Shown piece after piece: positions 1-11,407 of a DNA stretch of 35,091 bases. The position numbers were made by a program, and so were the translations under genes. The DNA comes from Octopus sinensis (Eukaryota), in assembly GCF_006345805.1 (NCBI RefSeq), contig NW_021828047.1, positions 1 through 35,091 on the forward strand, given 5' to 3'. Every line of letters starts with the position of its first letter. Position 1 is the first letter of the stretch. Under the pieces are notes generated by a model. That model made no database searches, had not been told where the DNA came from, and saw nothing but the letters and a program-made list of their open reading frames with translations.

Positions 1-535
1 TATATATATAATATATTTCAAACATACATACATACACATATACACAAACACACGCACGCACGCACATACTTGCATACACATACGTACATACATACATACA
101 TACATACATACAAAATATATAACATATATAACTATATACATATACTACATTATATTACAACATATATATGTATATATAATATTATACAATATATATATAT
201 ACCCACACATACACATATCTCTGCCGAAAGTTGTAGATATATATATATGTGCGTGTATGTATGTATATATATCATATATATGTGTTTATGTATGATACAT
301 GTACATATGTGTACGTGTATGAATATATGTATATATATATGTATATATATAAATGTATATATAACTTATTCTAAGTTATATCTATATGTATATATATATA
401 TGTAGATAATATATATAATATATATATATATATATAGATATATATATATATATATTTTATTTTGATATACATATTATAATATATATATTAGATATTATAT
501 ATATATATATATATATACATATGCATACATACGCT
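1..535. repeat. Compound (TA)n/(TACA)n microsatellite
   Basis: Directly visible low-complexity tract. Confidence 0.95.
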
Positions 536-1140
536 TATGTATATATTGCCTGTCCGCTCTATCGATCTTCTCATCTTCTATCTTCCCATGTTGGCACCTC
601 AAAGCCAGCCTGCCCAACCCAGATTTTCACACATTCTCTTGACCCTTACGCTTGATTATATACAGCAAAAATGTCCATTTTGCCAAGTCTCCCCCCGCCC
701 CCCACTTCCAGAATCAATTCTGCGAAACTAATAATGGAATATGCTTTGTATATCATATAGCCTTCTGAGTTTATATAAGAAGGGTGGATGTCTTAGGGTA
801 AATTTGTAGGGGCGGTGAGAGCTGGCGAACGGTAGGAGGGTGGAAGAGAAATGCAGAGAGAGAGAGGAGAGAGAGAGAGAGTGAGAAAATTGAAGGAGTG
901 TGGGTGATAGAAATAGAGAGTGATAGATATAAATGTGTTGGTAAGGGAGGTGATATAAAATGAGAGAAGAGTTTGAGTGCTTGGGTGTAAGTGTGCGCAA
1001 CTGCGTGCACGTGCGTGTGTGTGTATAAGTGTATAGATGTGTCTGTAATAGTATAAGTCTGGCCATATCTCTTTATGTAAACGTTTGAATGCATTGCAGA
1101 AAGAAAACACTGAGATATATAGATAAGAAAAATATACACC

Positions 1141-1283
1141 ATGTATGTATGTATGTATGTATGTATGTATGATGTATGTAGTATGTATGTATGTATGTAT
1201 GTATGTATGTATGTATGTATGTATGTGTGTAGTAGTATGTATTTATGTAGGTTGTATGTATTTATGTGTTATGTGGTATGTAT

Positions 1284-1323
<40 letters not shown>

Positions 1324-1543
1324 ATATATATATATATATATAATATATATAATATATATAAGATAGATAGATAGATAGTAGATAGATAGATAGATTGATA
1401 GATAGATAGATAGATAGATAGATAGAAGATAGATAGATATAGATAAGTGTGCGAGTGTGCCTTTCTGTGTGGTGTATCTATTGGACTATAGTGGTTGTGT
1501 GTATGTATCTATCAGTTTCTGTCTGTCTTTTCACTCTCTCTCG

Positions 1544-1614
<71 letters not shown>
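1141..1614. repeat. Compound microsatellites (TATG)n,(TC)n,(TA)n,(GATA)n
   Basis: Directly visible, with a short unique spacer at about 1446-1526. Confidence 0.95.
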
Positions 1615-1618
<4 letters not shown>

Positions 1619-2336
1619 GCAATTAAGGACAACTACTTAATAAGGAAAACTTAACAAGAAATTGTCAGGTAGATAGCGTGAAAACTTCATAAGAGAAAAA
1701 ATTTCGAAAATAATTATTTCTTATTGAACATATTAATTATAATAGAGGGCATTATACATACATACCAGAAGGCATTATACATACATGCCACACGCTAAGA
1801 GGGACAATTAGTCATTTCTACCAAAAATATTACTAATCCCACCGAATGCAATTTTTCGAAGTAAGACATTTAAAAAATATAGACCTGTATCACAGTGATT
1901 TCATACTTACGTATTCATCAGCAGGCCTGAATGCATTATAAATAAACGACCCTGCCCGCTTAAGCCGATCAGCTAACTGATCAACATCAACGAAGCACAT
2001 GGGTGAGTTTACATATATTACATCCGGATAAATGGCAAACTTTTACGAATTGCATTTCGGGAGAGGAAAAGTTTTTTCGGAATAAAAATTTAGCAATTAA
2101 GGACAACTATTTAATAAGGAAAACTTAACAAGAAATTGTCAGGTAGATAGCGTGAAAACCTCATAAGAGAAAAAATTTCGAAAATAATTATTTCTTATTG
2201 AACATATTAATTTATATATAGAGGGCATTATACATACATGCCAGAAGGCATTATACATACATGCCACACGCTAAGAGGGACAATTAGTCATTTCTACCAA
2301 AAATATTACTAATCCCACCGAATGCAATTTTTCGAA
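1615..2336 (-). mobile_element. Hammerhead-bearing partial tandem element (retrozyme/PLE pseudo-LTR-like), about 474-bp period, about 1.5 units
   Basis: 1615-1860 and 2089-2336 are near-identical direct repeats (tttagcaattaaggac...atttttcgaa). The interval contains an intact HHR on the minus strand. The element abuts a (TA)n tract. Confidence 0.8.
1881..1928 (-). ncRNA. Type I hammerhead ribozyme, canonical core
   Basis: Minus strand reads AGGCCUG-CUGAUGA-AUAC(GUAA)GUAU-GAA-AUCA(CUG)UGAU-A/CAGGUCU. Stem I is 7 bp, stem II has a GNRA loop, predicted cut between 1888 and 1887. Confidence 0.9.
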
Positions 2337-2353
2337 AAACAAAAACACTTGAA

Positions 2354-2405
2354 GTGGTTGCTTCAGCATGACCGGACTTAAATGACTGAAACACGTAAAA
2401 GAATA
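2354..2405 (+). mobile_element. 3' fragment of the dominant SINE family
   Basis: cttcagcatg...aaatgactgaaacacgtaaaagaata matches the 3' ends of full copies in this window (e.g. 19415-19460). Confidence 0.7.
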
Positions 2406-2434
2406 CACACGCACACGCACACACACACACACAC

Positions 2435-2489
<55 letters not shown>

Positions 2490-2675
2490 GAGTTGGAAAA
2501 AATAATGGAAACACCTAGCATCATAGCATCATGATTTTGAAGTATTTATAAAACCGTCAAAAGCTTGTTTATTTTTATGTTTTTTGATTTATTATTAGTG
2601 ATGCTTAATATGTTTAGCTAAAATTGCTGTTTCTTTTCAGATCTCACCAGAAAAAGGTATTTGAAATTCATTATA

Positions 2676-4063
2676 ATGACAGATCTGTCGGACTTTCAAA
2701 GAAGTCAAATTGTTGGTGCTCGTATAGCAGGCGCTAGCGTAACGAAAACAGCCGAAATGTTTGGTGTATCAAGAAGTACTGTCTCGAAATTAATGACAGC
2801 CTTTGAAAAAGAGGGAAAAATCTCCTCGTCGAAACAAAACTCCGGAAGATAACCCAAACTTTCAGATAGTGGCCGTCGGAATCTTACGCGAATTATCAGA
2901 AAATATCACAAAAGTACAGCTCCCCAAATTACTGCAGAGTTTAATGACCACGTCGAGAATCCAGTTTCCAAAAAAACTGTTCGCCGGAAGCTGCACAAAG
3001 TCGGATTTCACGGGAGGGCTGCAATCAGAAAACCACTACTTTCAAACATAAACGTTGCAAAGCGTTTAGAGTGGAGTAAAAGCCTACAGAATTGGTAGAG
3101 CAGTTGAAGAATGTTATTTTCTCGGACGAGTCATCCTTTACCTTATTTCCGACCACCGGCCGAGTATATGTGCAGAGAGAGCCAAAAGAAGCATTTGACC
3201 CAGACTGCCTTCTACCAACTGTTAAACATGGAGGAGGATCTGTGATGATCTGTGTGGAGGCTATATCTTGGAAATCCGCCGGCGCAATGGTTTCTCTTCA
3301 CGGTAGAATTAATACTCACGACTATTTAAGCATTTTATCCAATCAAATCCATCCTATGGTTGCGGAACTGTTTCCGGAGCGAAACGCAATCTTTCAGGAG
3401 GATAATGCACCAATTCACACAGTTAAGTTATTACTGAATAGCACGAGGAACATTCTAGTGAAGCTGAACATCTTATCTGGCCACCACATGCATTTTAGAA
3501 ATGCAAATGATGAGTCGATATCCTCTTTGGAAGCACTCCGTCGGTTACGACGACGAGGGTTCCGGTTGATCCGATCAACGGAACAGCCTGCTCGTGAAAT
3601 TAACGTGCAAGTGGCTGAGCACTCCACAGACACGTGTACCCTTAACGTAGTTCTCGGGGATATTCAGCGTGACACAGAGAGTGACTAGGCTGGCCCTTTG
3701 AAATACAGGTACAACAGAAACAGGAAGTAAGAGTGAAGAAGTTAGGTTGAGGAAAGAGTACAGCAGGGATCACCACCATCCCTGCCGGAGCCTCGTGGAG
3801 CTTTAGGTGTTTTCGCTCAATAAACACTCACAACGCCCGGTCTGGGAATCGAAACTGCGATCCTACGACCGCGAGTCCGCTGCCCTAACCACTGGGCCAT
3901 TGCGCCTCCACCAATATCCTCTACCATCTCCACTACAAGAACTGGAGACTGTTTTAGCTGAAGAATGAACAAAAATTCCTTTAGAAACAATTCAAACTTT
4001 GTACGAGTCCACACATCATAGAATTCAAGCTGTAATTACTGCCAAAGGCCGTCCTACCTCATA
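2676..4063 (+). pseudogene. Tc1 transposase pseudogene
   Basis: Translates as MTDLSDFQRSQIVGAR (HTH)...GR*PKLS...VIFSDES (D at 3125)...VKHGGGSVM...FQEDNAPIHT (D at 3401)...IWPP|CILE...ELETVL...RIQAVITAKGRPT. It has stops and frameshifts, and the SPDLNxIE segment is deleted. Confidence 0.92.
3527..3911 (-). mobile_element. tRNA-derived SINE (family B), full length with 11-bp TSD
   Basis: Head GTGGAGGCGCAATGGCCCAGTGG (A box) and GTTTCGATTCC (B box). TSD cgatatcctct (3516-3526) / caatatcctct (3912-3922). Same family as 13405. Confidence 0.9.
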
Positions 4064-4065
4064 TA

Positions 4066-4374
4066 TATTATATTATATTAGAGGGAAAAGGACAACAAAA
4101 ATCATCTCAAATCATTTAGAATATTTAATTAGAGTAAGGTGAATTTGAAGTCTTGCAGTTGTTTCTGGGATATCCCAAGTGATAGGCTAGTATTGGGCTT
4201 TCCATATTTGATGACGGAATATCCAGTGTGCGGACATGCTAGCCTATCTACTTAGGATATCCCAGAAACAACTGTAAGACTTCAAATTCACCTTACTCTA
4301 ATTAGATATTCTAAATAACTTGAGCTGCCTTGGTTTTTGTTGTCCTTTTTCCTTTAATATTATATATATTATAT
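4066..4374. mobile_element. Fold-back element (arms about 4066-4192 and 4237-4374) with hammerhead relic
   Basis: The arms are reverse complements (gagtaaggtgaatttgaagtc / gacttcaaattcaccttactc) and TA-rich at both ends. Confidence 0.8.
4208..4280 (+). ncRNA. Degenerate type I hammerhead relic with long stem II
   Basis: UUGAUGA-CGGAAUAUCC...GGAUAUCCCA (8/10 paired)-GAA-ACAACUGU-A/AGAC. Stem I is poorly paired. Confidence 0.5.
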
Positions 4375-4540
4375 TGTCATGTTTCTATACCAATAGAACG
4401 TGGCAGTCCTATAAAGGACGATATCACTGTTATTATAGCTCCAGGAAAATACTTTTTCCAGCTGGTTATTGACACACAGTGTGTGTTCGAATAGCATTCT
4501 CATGGGAGGTCGTCGATCCTATATCTTACCTTACGTGATG

Positions 4541-4585
4541 CTCACGGACCCGGGTTTCTAGGTGGTCAACTGTCCTCAACGTGAG
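4541..4585 (-). ncRNA. Minimal type I hammerhead, U3 core variant
   Basis: CUCACG-UUGAGGA-CAGUUGACCACCUA-GAA-ACCCGGGU-C/CGUGAG. Stem I is a perfect 6 bp, stem III is palindromic, GUC site; stem II is imperfect. Confidence 0.75.
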
Positions 4586-4896
4586 ATAATCACAGGCTAG
4601 CGACAAAAGCTTTCTCCACTTGCAAATACTATATACTTTTTTTAAGCGACGTACAGTCCCTGATCTCGTTTAGAGAAAAACAACTTGTTTTAAATCTCTG
4701 AGTGAGACATATACAGTAACAGTACGAAACAGTAATGTTTATATGCCAACAGAATGTGGCAGTCCTATAAAGGACGATGCTACTGTTGTTGTAGCCCCAG
4801 GAAAACGTCTTTTGCAGCTGGCTATCGACACACAGTTTATGTCCGCATAGCATTCACAAGGCAGGCCATTGCTCCGATCTCCAGCCTTGCGTGATA

Positions 4897-4941
4897 CTCA
4901 CAGACTCAGGTTTCTGGAAGGTTACCTGTCATCAATGTGAG
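4897..4941 (-). ncRNA. Second minimal hammerhead copy, U3 core, decayed stem III
   Basis: CUCACA-UUGAUGA-CAGGUAACCUUCCA-GAA-ACCUGAGU-C/UGUGAG, 356 bp from the first copy. Confidence 0.65.
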
Positions 4942-5209
4942 ATAATCACAAGCTAGTGATAAAAGCTTTCTCCACTTAGTGGAAAATATGTTTTCCTGGG
5001 TCTACAACAACAGCAACATCGTCCTTTATGAGACTGCCACATTCTGTTGGCATATAAACATTACTAATTCGTACTGTTACTGTATATCTCTTACTCAGAG
5101 ATTTAAAACAGATATTATATATATACAAATATAATTAAGGTTAAATTTAAAAAACTTTTTATCAGTGGACACCATATAAAGAATAGGGCTATTTAGGTAC
5201 AATCATATA

Positions 5210-5393
5210 TACAATTTTAATTAAGGTCACAGAGATTTCTCTACCTATATGTTGAAAATAGACGCTAAGTCCGTCTAACCATTCAAATATATCACTTTAT
5301 AATTTACACGTATTGAAAGCGAGGAAGCTGGCCTACAGAAATTCAGAAATTCGTATAGGAAGAGAAATCTCTGCGCCCTTAATTATAATTGTA
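5210..5393. repeat. Inverted repeat with about 40-bp arms (MITE/fold-back-like)
   Basis: 5210-5249 (tacaattttaattaaggtcacagagatttctctacctata) pairs with 5354-5393; internal hairpin tagacg/cgtcta. Confidence 0.65.
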
Positions 5394-5416
5394 TTTCATA
5401 CTATCTTATATATATA

Positions 5417-5804
5417 CTAGCAGTATGGCTCGACGTTGCTCGGGTTTGTTTTCTTTTCGACCCTTTAGAATTGGAATTTTTGAAAAGTAAAAAGTTTGCA
5501 TTATGTAGCTTGTTATTCTCTTTAAGTGAACATTTTTCTAGTTGAAATACACCGAAAAATGGCGTCACAACAGTCAAAAAGTCGTAAAAAATAGGGATTT
5601 TCATAGAAAAAAGCACCTTTTTGATGTAAATAATTTTTGGTCTTAACATGGTCTGATTTGAATTTTTTCTTCTACGGAATGAAGAGCAAGCCTTCTTCTA
5701 TTATACTTTCAATTTTGGTCAACTTGCGTCGCAGGGTCTCGGAGGAGATAGTGTTAGTTGAAGGCTACCAAACCTGCCATACAAACACAGACGACTTCAC
5801 TATA

Positions 5805-5812
<8 letters not shown>
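5417..5812 (-). mobile_element. Non-autonomous Helitron-like element
   Basis: On the minus strand it ends in a GC-rich hairpin plus CTAG followed by T. The terminus matches that of 30532-30930. The 5' end merges into (TA)n. Confidence 0.7.
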
Positions 5813-5861
<49 letters not shown>

Positions 5862-5862
<1 letters not shown>

Positions 5863-6025
5863 GTAGGGTCTCTTTCAATTTCTGTCTATCAAATCCACTC
5901 ACAAGGCTTTGGTCGGACTGAGGCTATAGTAGAAGACACTTGCCAAAGGCGCTACGCAGTGGTAACGAACCCAGAACCATGTGGTTGGGAAGCAAGCATC
6001 TTACCACACAACTATGCCTGCACCT
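5862..6025 (-). mobile_element. 5' half of the dominant SINE (family A), broken at its internal microsatellite
   Basis: Matches the head of full copies (e.g. 10550-10713). Confidence 0.85.
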
Positions 6026-6489
6026 CTACATACTAAAAATTATGGTAGGAGTGTTTGAAATACATGCGTACAAACACTCCAAGAAACATGCATATACAAA
6101 CATACGCTCACACAAACATGTACCCACACCTTCCAGACACCCATCCTCCACTAATTCCAAGAACTAAGTTGTTTGTACTGCTTAAAATTTACTTACAATA
6201 TATTACATTAAAAGAAATATCGTTAATCTTCCTATGCTCGCTCTATTCCTGAAACAGAACTTTTGTCTCGTAAGGTATCTAATCAATATATACTAGAGAT
6301 CCTTGATACCCGCCGCAGTCTTCATCAGCCGCTAGGCGAAACTCGAGAAGACCGCTACATTTTGATTTTGTAAATATATCTTTCCACTCTACTGCAAGTC
6401 GTGAATTCTATCAGATAACGTTTGCCCCATGCATAACTTGTATTTTATAATTCTTATATTCTGATATATATCTCATAACGAAATATATA

Positions 6490-6657
6490 CGTATGTATGT
6501 ATGTATGTATGTATGTATGTATGTATGTATGTATGTATGTATGTATGTATGTATGTATGTATGTATGTATGTATGCATGTATGTATGTATGTATGTATAT
6601 ATATATATATATGTATGTATGTATATATATATATATATGTTTATATATATATATGTT

Positions 6658-6692
<35 letters not shown>

Positions 6693-6719
6693 ATATATAT
6701 ATATATGTTTATATTTAGT

Positions 6720-6761
<42 letters not shown>

Positions 6762-7041
6762 GTGTATATATATATATATTATATATATATATGTTTATAT
6801 ATATATATGTATGTATATATATATATCCATATATATACAATATATATATATAAATTATATATATATATAAATATAAATATATATGCATATATACACACAA
6901 ACACACACACACGTACACACACACGCACACACACACACACACACACACATAATCAACGTAAATAAATGCGACAAGATAGCTAAATGAGTAGATCATTTGT
7001 AATTTTGATGTGTAAGCATTTATGAAAGAGAGACGAAGAAA

Positions 7042-7089
<48 letters not shown>

Positions 7090-7718
7090 AACAGCGAGAC
7101 AGTGACACAGAGAGAGAGACAGAGAGAGAGAGAAAAAGAAAGGGTGGGGGAGATAGAGAGAAATAAGTGAAAAATATATTTTTCAAAAAGTCATATTTTT
7201 AAAACAAATAAAAAATCTTAGCTTTCGTTGAAGACTTTAAAAAATTGCCGGCGGCCATTTAAGTTAGAAAATATCTTAAAGGTGACTCAAAAATTCTTGA
7301 GGAAATTCATCCGTATTGTTCTTTTGTTTATTTATTTATCTATTTATACATTTATTTATTTACATTATCACTGTTGTTATTTATATATATTTGTATTTAT
7401 GTTTTAGTTTTGACAATATTTTAAATATTCTGCTTCATAGAAAGTAACTATCGAAAGGACATAACAAAAAAAAACACAGAAGAATACACATGAACAGATA
7501 TATAAATTTATTTAAATCTATCAATCTTATGTCATTTCAATGTTAAATCTATCATTCTTAAGTCATTTGCTTTTGTTCGTTTACTATGAGGCCTGAAGCG
7601 TTTAAAAATTTATTATTATTTCAAGCTTCCCTTCCGTGCCGCCCACCGCTGGATATTTCACTTATACACTATTATATTTTAATATATGTCTAACATATGC
7701 TGTTGTTGTTGTTGTTGC

Positions 7719-7784
<66 letters not shown>

Positions 7785-7792
7785 CATTATTA

Positions 7793-7830
<38 letters not shown>

Positions 7831-7946
7831 AATTTTTATTTAATCATATGTTTTATTTATTATGTTATATTTTAAATGCTATTTACAAGTTTATGTATAT
7901 GCACTTTTTTACATACATATTTTGGATAATTTGTTATAGTCTGGAT

Positions 7947-7983
<37 letters not shown>

Positions 7984-8164
7984 ATTATTATTATTGTTAT
8001 TATCAGGAAAGTTTTATTTATATTTTTGTTACTTTTTTGATACTTCTTTGTTTCATTTCATTTCTTACAATATGCGTGTGTATGTGTATGTGCGTGTATA
8101 TATATATATATATATTATATATATATATTATATATATATATATATAATGTATATATATAATATA

Positions 8165-8195
<31 letters not shown>

Positions 8196-8275
8196 GTATA
8201 CATGTATATAATATATATGTAAATATAATATATACATATACATACATATATATACGTACATATATACATACATAT

Positions 8276-8335
<60 letters not shown>

Positions 8336-9057
8336 GTATATATATGACGTGACATATACATGTCTTTTATATGTGTATGTATATATTATATATATGTGTA
8401 TGTATATGCATATATATATATATATGTATATACATATGTACATATGTACACACGCACACACGAAGCCACACACACACACACACACACACACACCACACAC
8501 ATACAAGCATATATAAATATATACATAACCACGAAGTCTGGGCCATCCATGTGTCATCATATAGATAATAGCCGCCATGACGGGGCTACTTATCGTTTAC
8601 GAAAATTACTGTTTGTCTAACAAGTCCTCCCATTTCTCCTACGCTGCTGTAAATTTGCGCCTGTCCCGTCTCTCCACCGCCATCATTCAGTCCCTCTCCC
8701 ACCCCTATCTTTTTCTCTCTCTCTCTCTTTGCACCTCACCCATGTTTCGTATCCCTTCCACCCGTCTTCCAATATGGAAATGGCTACCAACAGATTCTCA
8801 TAGACTTTTCCTTAATTAATGAGGACTACTTAACGATTATTAAAGACAAGCGAGAAGACGTCATATTGGGTAAATTTACACGGCACAGAATGGGCACACG
8901 CACACACACACAACACACACACACACACACACACATACTCACATACATACGCACACACACTCATACTCACACACACACACATACACACTCATACACACAC
9001 ACAGACTCATACTTACACACATACACACACACATACACACACATACATACTCATACT

Positions 9058-9089
<32 letters not shown>

Positions 9090-9540
9090 GACTTATACAC
9101 ACACACACCCACACCCACACGCATACACACTCATACTCACACACACACACACACACACATACACACTCATACTCACACAAACACACACACACACATATAC
9201 ACTCATACTCACACACACACACACACACACACACGCATCCAAACAATGATAAATACGCACCACTTGTCAATTACGACCTTCTTTTTCTCTTACCCGTTTT
9301 ACTTTTAATGTACTTTTTAAAAAATACATTTATATTTCAAGAATAGGTGTCTCTCTACACATGTACATAAGCATCTATACTTATATAGATGCCTATATAA
9401 GTGTATATGTATGTACTATATACGTACATATCTTATCGAACATTATGTATGTAGAGTGTATATGAATGTGTTTACGTTTATACATATATATACAAACACA
9501 TTGGCACATACACACATAAATATGTCTGTGTGTGTATATA

Positions 9541-9591
<51 letters not shown>

Positions 9592-9680
9592 ATGCATATA
9601 TATATATACATATATATATGTATTAATATAAATATATACATATATATATATACATTATATATATAATGTATATATGTGTG
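6490..9680. repeat. Microsatellite-rich block: (TATG)n,(TA)n,(CA)n,(GA)n,(GTT)n,(ATT)n with short unique spacers
   Basis: Directly visible. Confidence 0.9.
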
Positions 9681-9837
9681 TATCGTTGGCGATTTTCTTT
9701 CTCCGTCTTCCCTTCCTTGGGCCTTTTCTTTTTCTATGTTTCTGACAAAGAGCTCCGCTCGAAACGTTAAATTCTCTTTCTCGGTTTATTTTCCTGAGCG
9801 TCCAATAACACTATACTTGTTCCATGTCCTCGCGTTT
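9681..9837 (+). mobile_element. Short hammerhead-bearing element (PLE/retrozyme-like) between TA tracts
   Basis: Contains an HHR motif; the downstream ttattttcctgagcg resembles 11320-11340. Confidence 0.6.
9738..9772 (+). ncRNA. Minimal type I hammerhead, G8A (probably inactive)
   Basis: GUUU-CUGACAA-A-GAGC(UCC)GCUC-GAA-ACGU-U/AAAU. Confidence 0.6.
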
Positions 9838-9856
9838 ATATATATATATATATATA

Positions 9857-10063
9857 TGTTGAGAATTCACAAAAAAACAAAAAAACAAAAAACAAAAGAC
9901 GAAGACAGATGGTGTAGACAACAAACAGATGTATTAGTTTAACGCTCGAGAAGTGAAAAAGTCTTTAACGTTTCGAGCCTACGCTCTTCCACAGAAAGAA
10001 ACACCGAAAGAAACAAGGAGAGAAAATAAAAAAATGTGTAGTGGCTAACGATCTATCATGGCA
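9857..10063 (-). mobile_element. About 200-bp hammerhead-bearing element, same family as 11201-11409
   Basis: The reverse complement aligns with 11201-11409 from gccatg...ttctctccttgttt through the HHR to the TA tail. Confidence 0.75.
9961..9999 (-). ncRNA. Minimal type I hammerhead, A6U core (CUGUGGA)
   Basis: UCUUU-CUGUGGA-A-GAGC(GUAG)GCUC-GAA-ACGU-U/AAAGA. Confidence 0.7.
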
Positions 10064-10252
10064 AATGATAGATAAGCGTATATATATATATAAAAACATA
10101 CACACACATATATATATACGCTTATGTATGGTTGTATTCATGAATGCATGTGCGTTGCCCACCACACATGCGTACATAAATACTTACATGCAATCTGAAA
10201 ATAATGCGCACTAACAAGTTTCTGGGTATAATCGCACACGTGCATTTTTTTT

Positions 10253-10449
10253 TTACTTGTTTCAGTCATTTGACTGCGGCCATGCTGGAGCACCGCCTTT
10301 AGTCGAGCAAATCGACCCCGGGACTTATTCTTTGTAAGCCCAGTACTTATTCTATCGGTCTCTTTTGCCGAACCGCTAAGTGACGGGGACGTAAGCATAC
10401 CAGCATCGGTTGTCAAGCAATGCTAGGGGGACAAACACAGACACACACA

Positions 10450-10509
<60 letters not shown>

Positions 10510-10713
10510 CTATATATATATATATATTATATATATATATACATATATACGACAGGCTTCTTCCAGTTTCCGTCTACCAAATCCACTCACAAGGCATTGG
10601 TCGGCCCGAGGCTATAGCAGAAGACACTTGCCCAAAGTGTCACGCAGTGGGACTGAACCAGGAACCATGTGGTTGGTTAGCAAGCTACTTACCACACAGC
10701 CACTCCTGCGCCT
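10253..10713 (-). mobile_element. Full-length SINE family A with internal microsatellite
   Basis: tRNA-like head (ggctgtgtggtaag; ggttcagtcc), internal (TA)n(TG)n and the conserved 3' half. Multiple copies in the window. Confidence 0.9.
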
Positions 10714-10739
10714 GCCACAACCACTGATGAGAACGGCAT

Positions 10740-10962
10740 GATGGCAGTAATGCTCTAGTAACGATGATGACTGCGACGCTTACGATGATAACAACAACAA
10801 CAACAACAACAACGATGACAATGGTGGTGATTGTAACGCTGCTGATGGCAATTCTGCTAATGTTGTTGTTGTTGTTCTTGTTGTTGTTGTTGTTCTTGTT
10901 GTTGTTGTTGTTGTTAATAATAATGCTGATGATGGTAAAGACGATGCATTATGATTATGAAC

Positions 10963-10998
<36 letters not shown>

Positions 10999-11010
10999 GT
11001 CAAAATCCAT
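10740..11010. repeat. Trinucleotide repeats (ACA)n,(TTG)n,(GAT)n
   Basis: Directly visible. Confidence 0.9.
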
Positions 11011-11160
11011 TGTAATCAATATTAGCAATACCAACAAGGATGAAAAGAATATTAGTAGAGAAACCTCTAGCACAGTGGTCCCCAATCTGGTGTCCGGGGG
11101 CTCCTAGTGGTCCGCAAATGCAGTACTGGTGGGTCAGTGAACTAAATTCAAAATTTCATT

Positions 11161-11194
<34 letters not shown>

Positions 11195-11200
11195 ATATAT

Positions 11201-11407
11201 CGCCATGTTGATTCGCTAGCTTCTGCACGCATTTTTTTCTCTCCTTGTTTCTCTCCGTGTTTCTTTTCTGTGTATCTTTCTGTTGAAGAGCGTAGGCTCG
11301 AAACGTAAAAGACTTGTTTTATTTATATTCCTGAGCGCCATACTAATACAATTGTTTGTTTGTATTCCACCTGCCTTCTTCTTTTGTTTATTTTCATAAA
11401 GCTTCCC

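Larger units (their letters stand above)
2485..4063 (+). mobile_element. Tc1-family DNA transposon, decayed, right TIR missing
   Basis: Left TIR-like cagaggagttggaaaaaataatggaaacacc at 2485, followed by a transposase pseudogene; interrupted by a SINE. Confidence 0.9.
4375..5110 (-). mobile_element. Tandem (356-bp period) plus inverted-arm element carrying two hammerheads, PLE-like
   Basis: About 4381-4620 repeats at about 4737-4978. 4981-5110 is the reverse complement of about 4686-4815. Confidence 0.8.

Noticed and set aside
3820-3911. tRNA-like heads of SINEs as tRNA genes
   Set aside because: They continue into SINE bodies and lack a full cloverleaf.
5250-5290. Hairpin tagacg/cgtcta preceded by UUGAAAA as a hammerhead
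   Set aside because: The core and GAAA are both absent; too degenerate.
8530-8880. GCCGCCATG Kozak/YY1-like motif in a unique stretch
   Set aside because: A single short motif; the downstream 80-aa ORF has no recognisable features.
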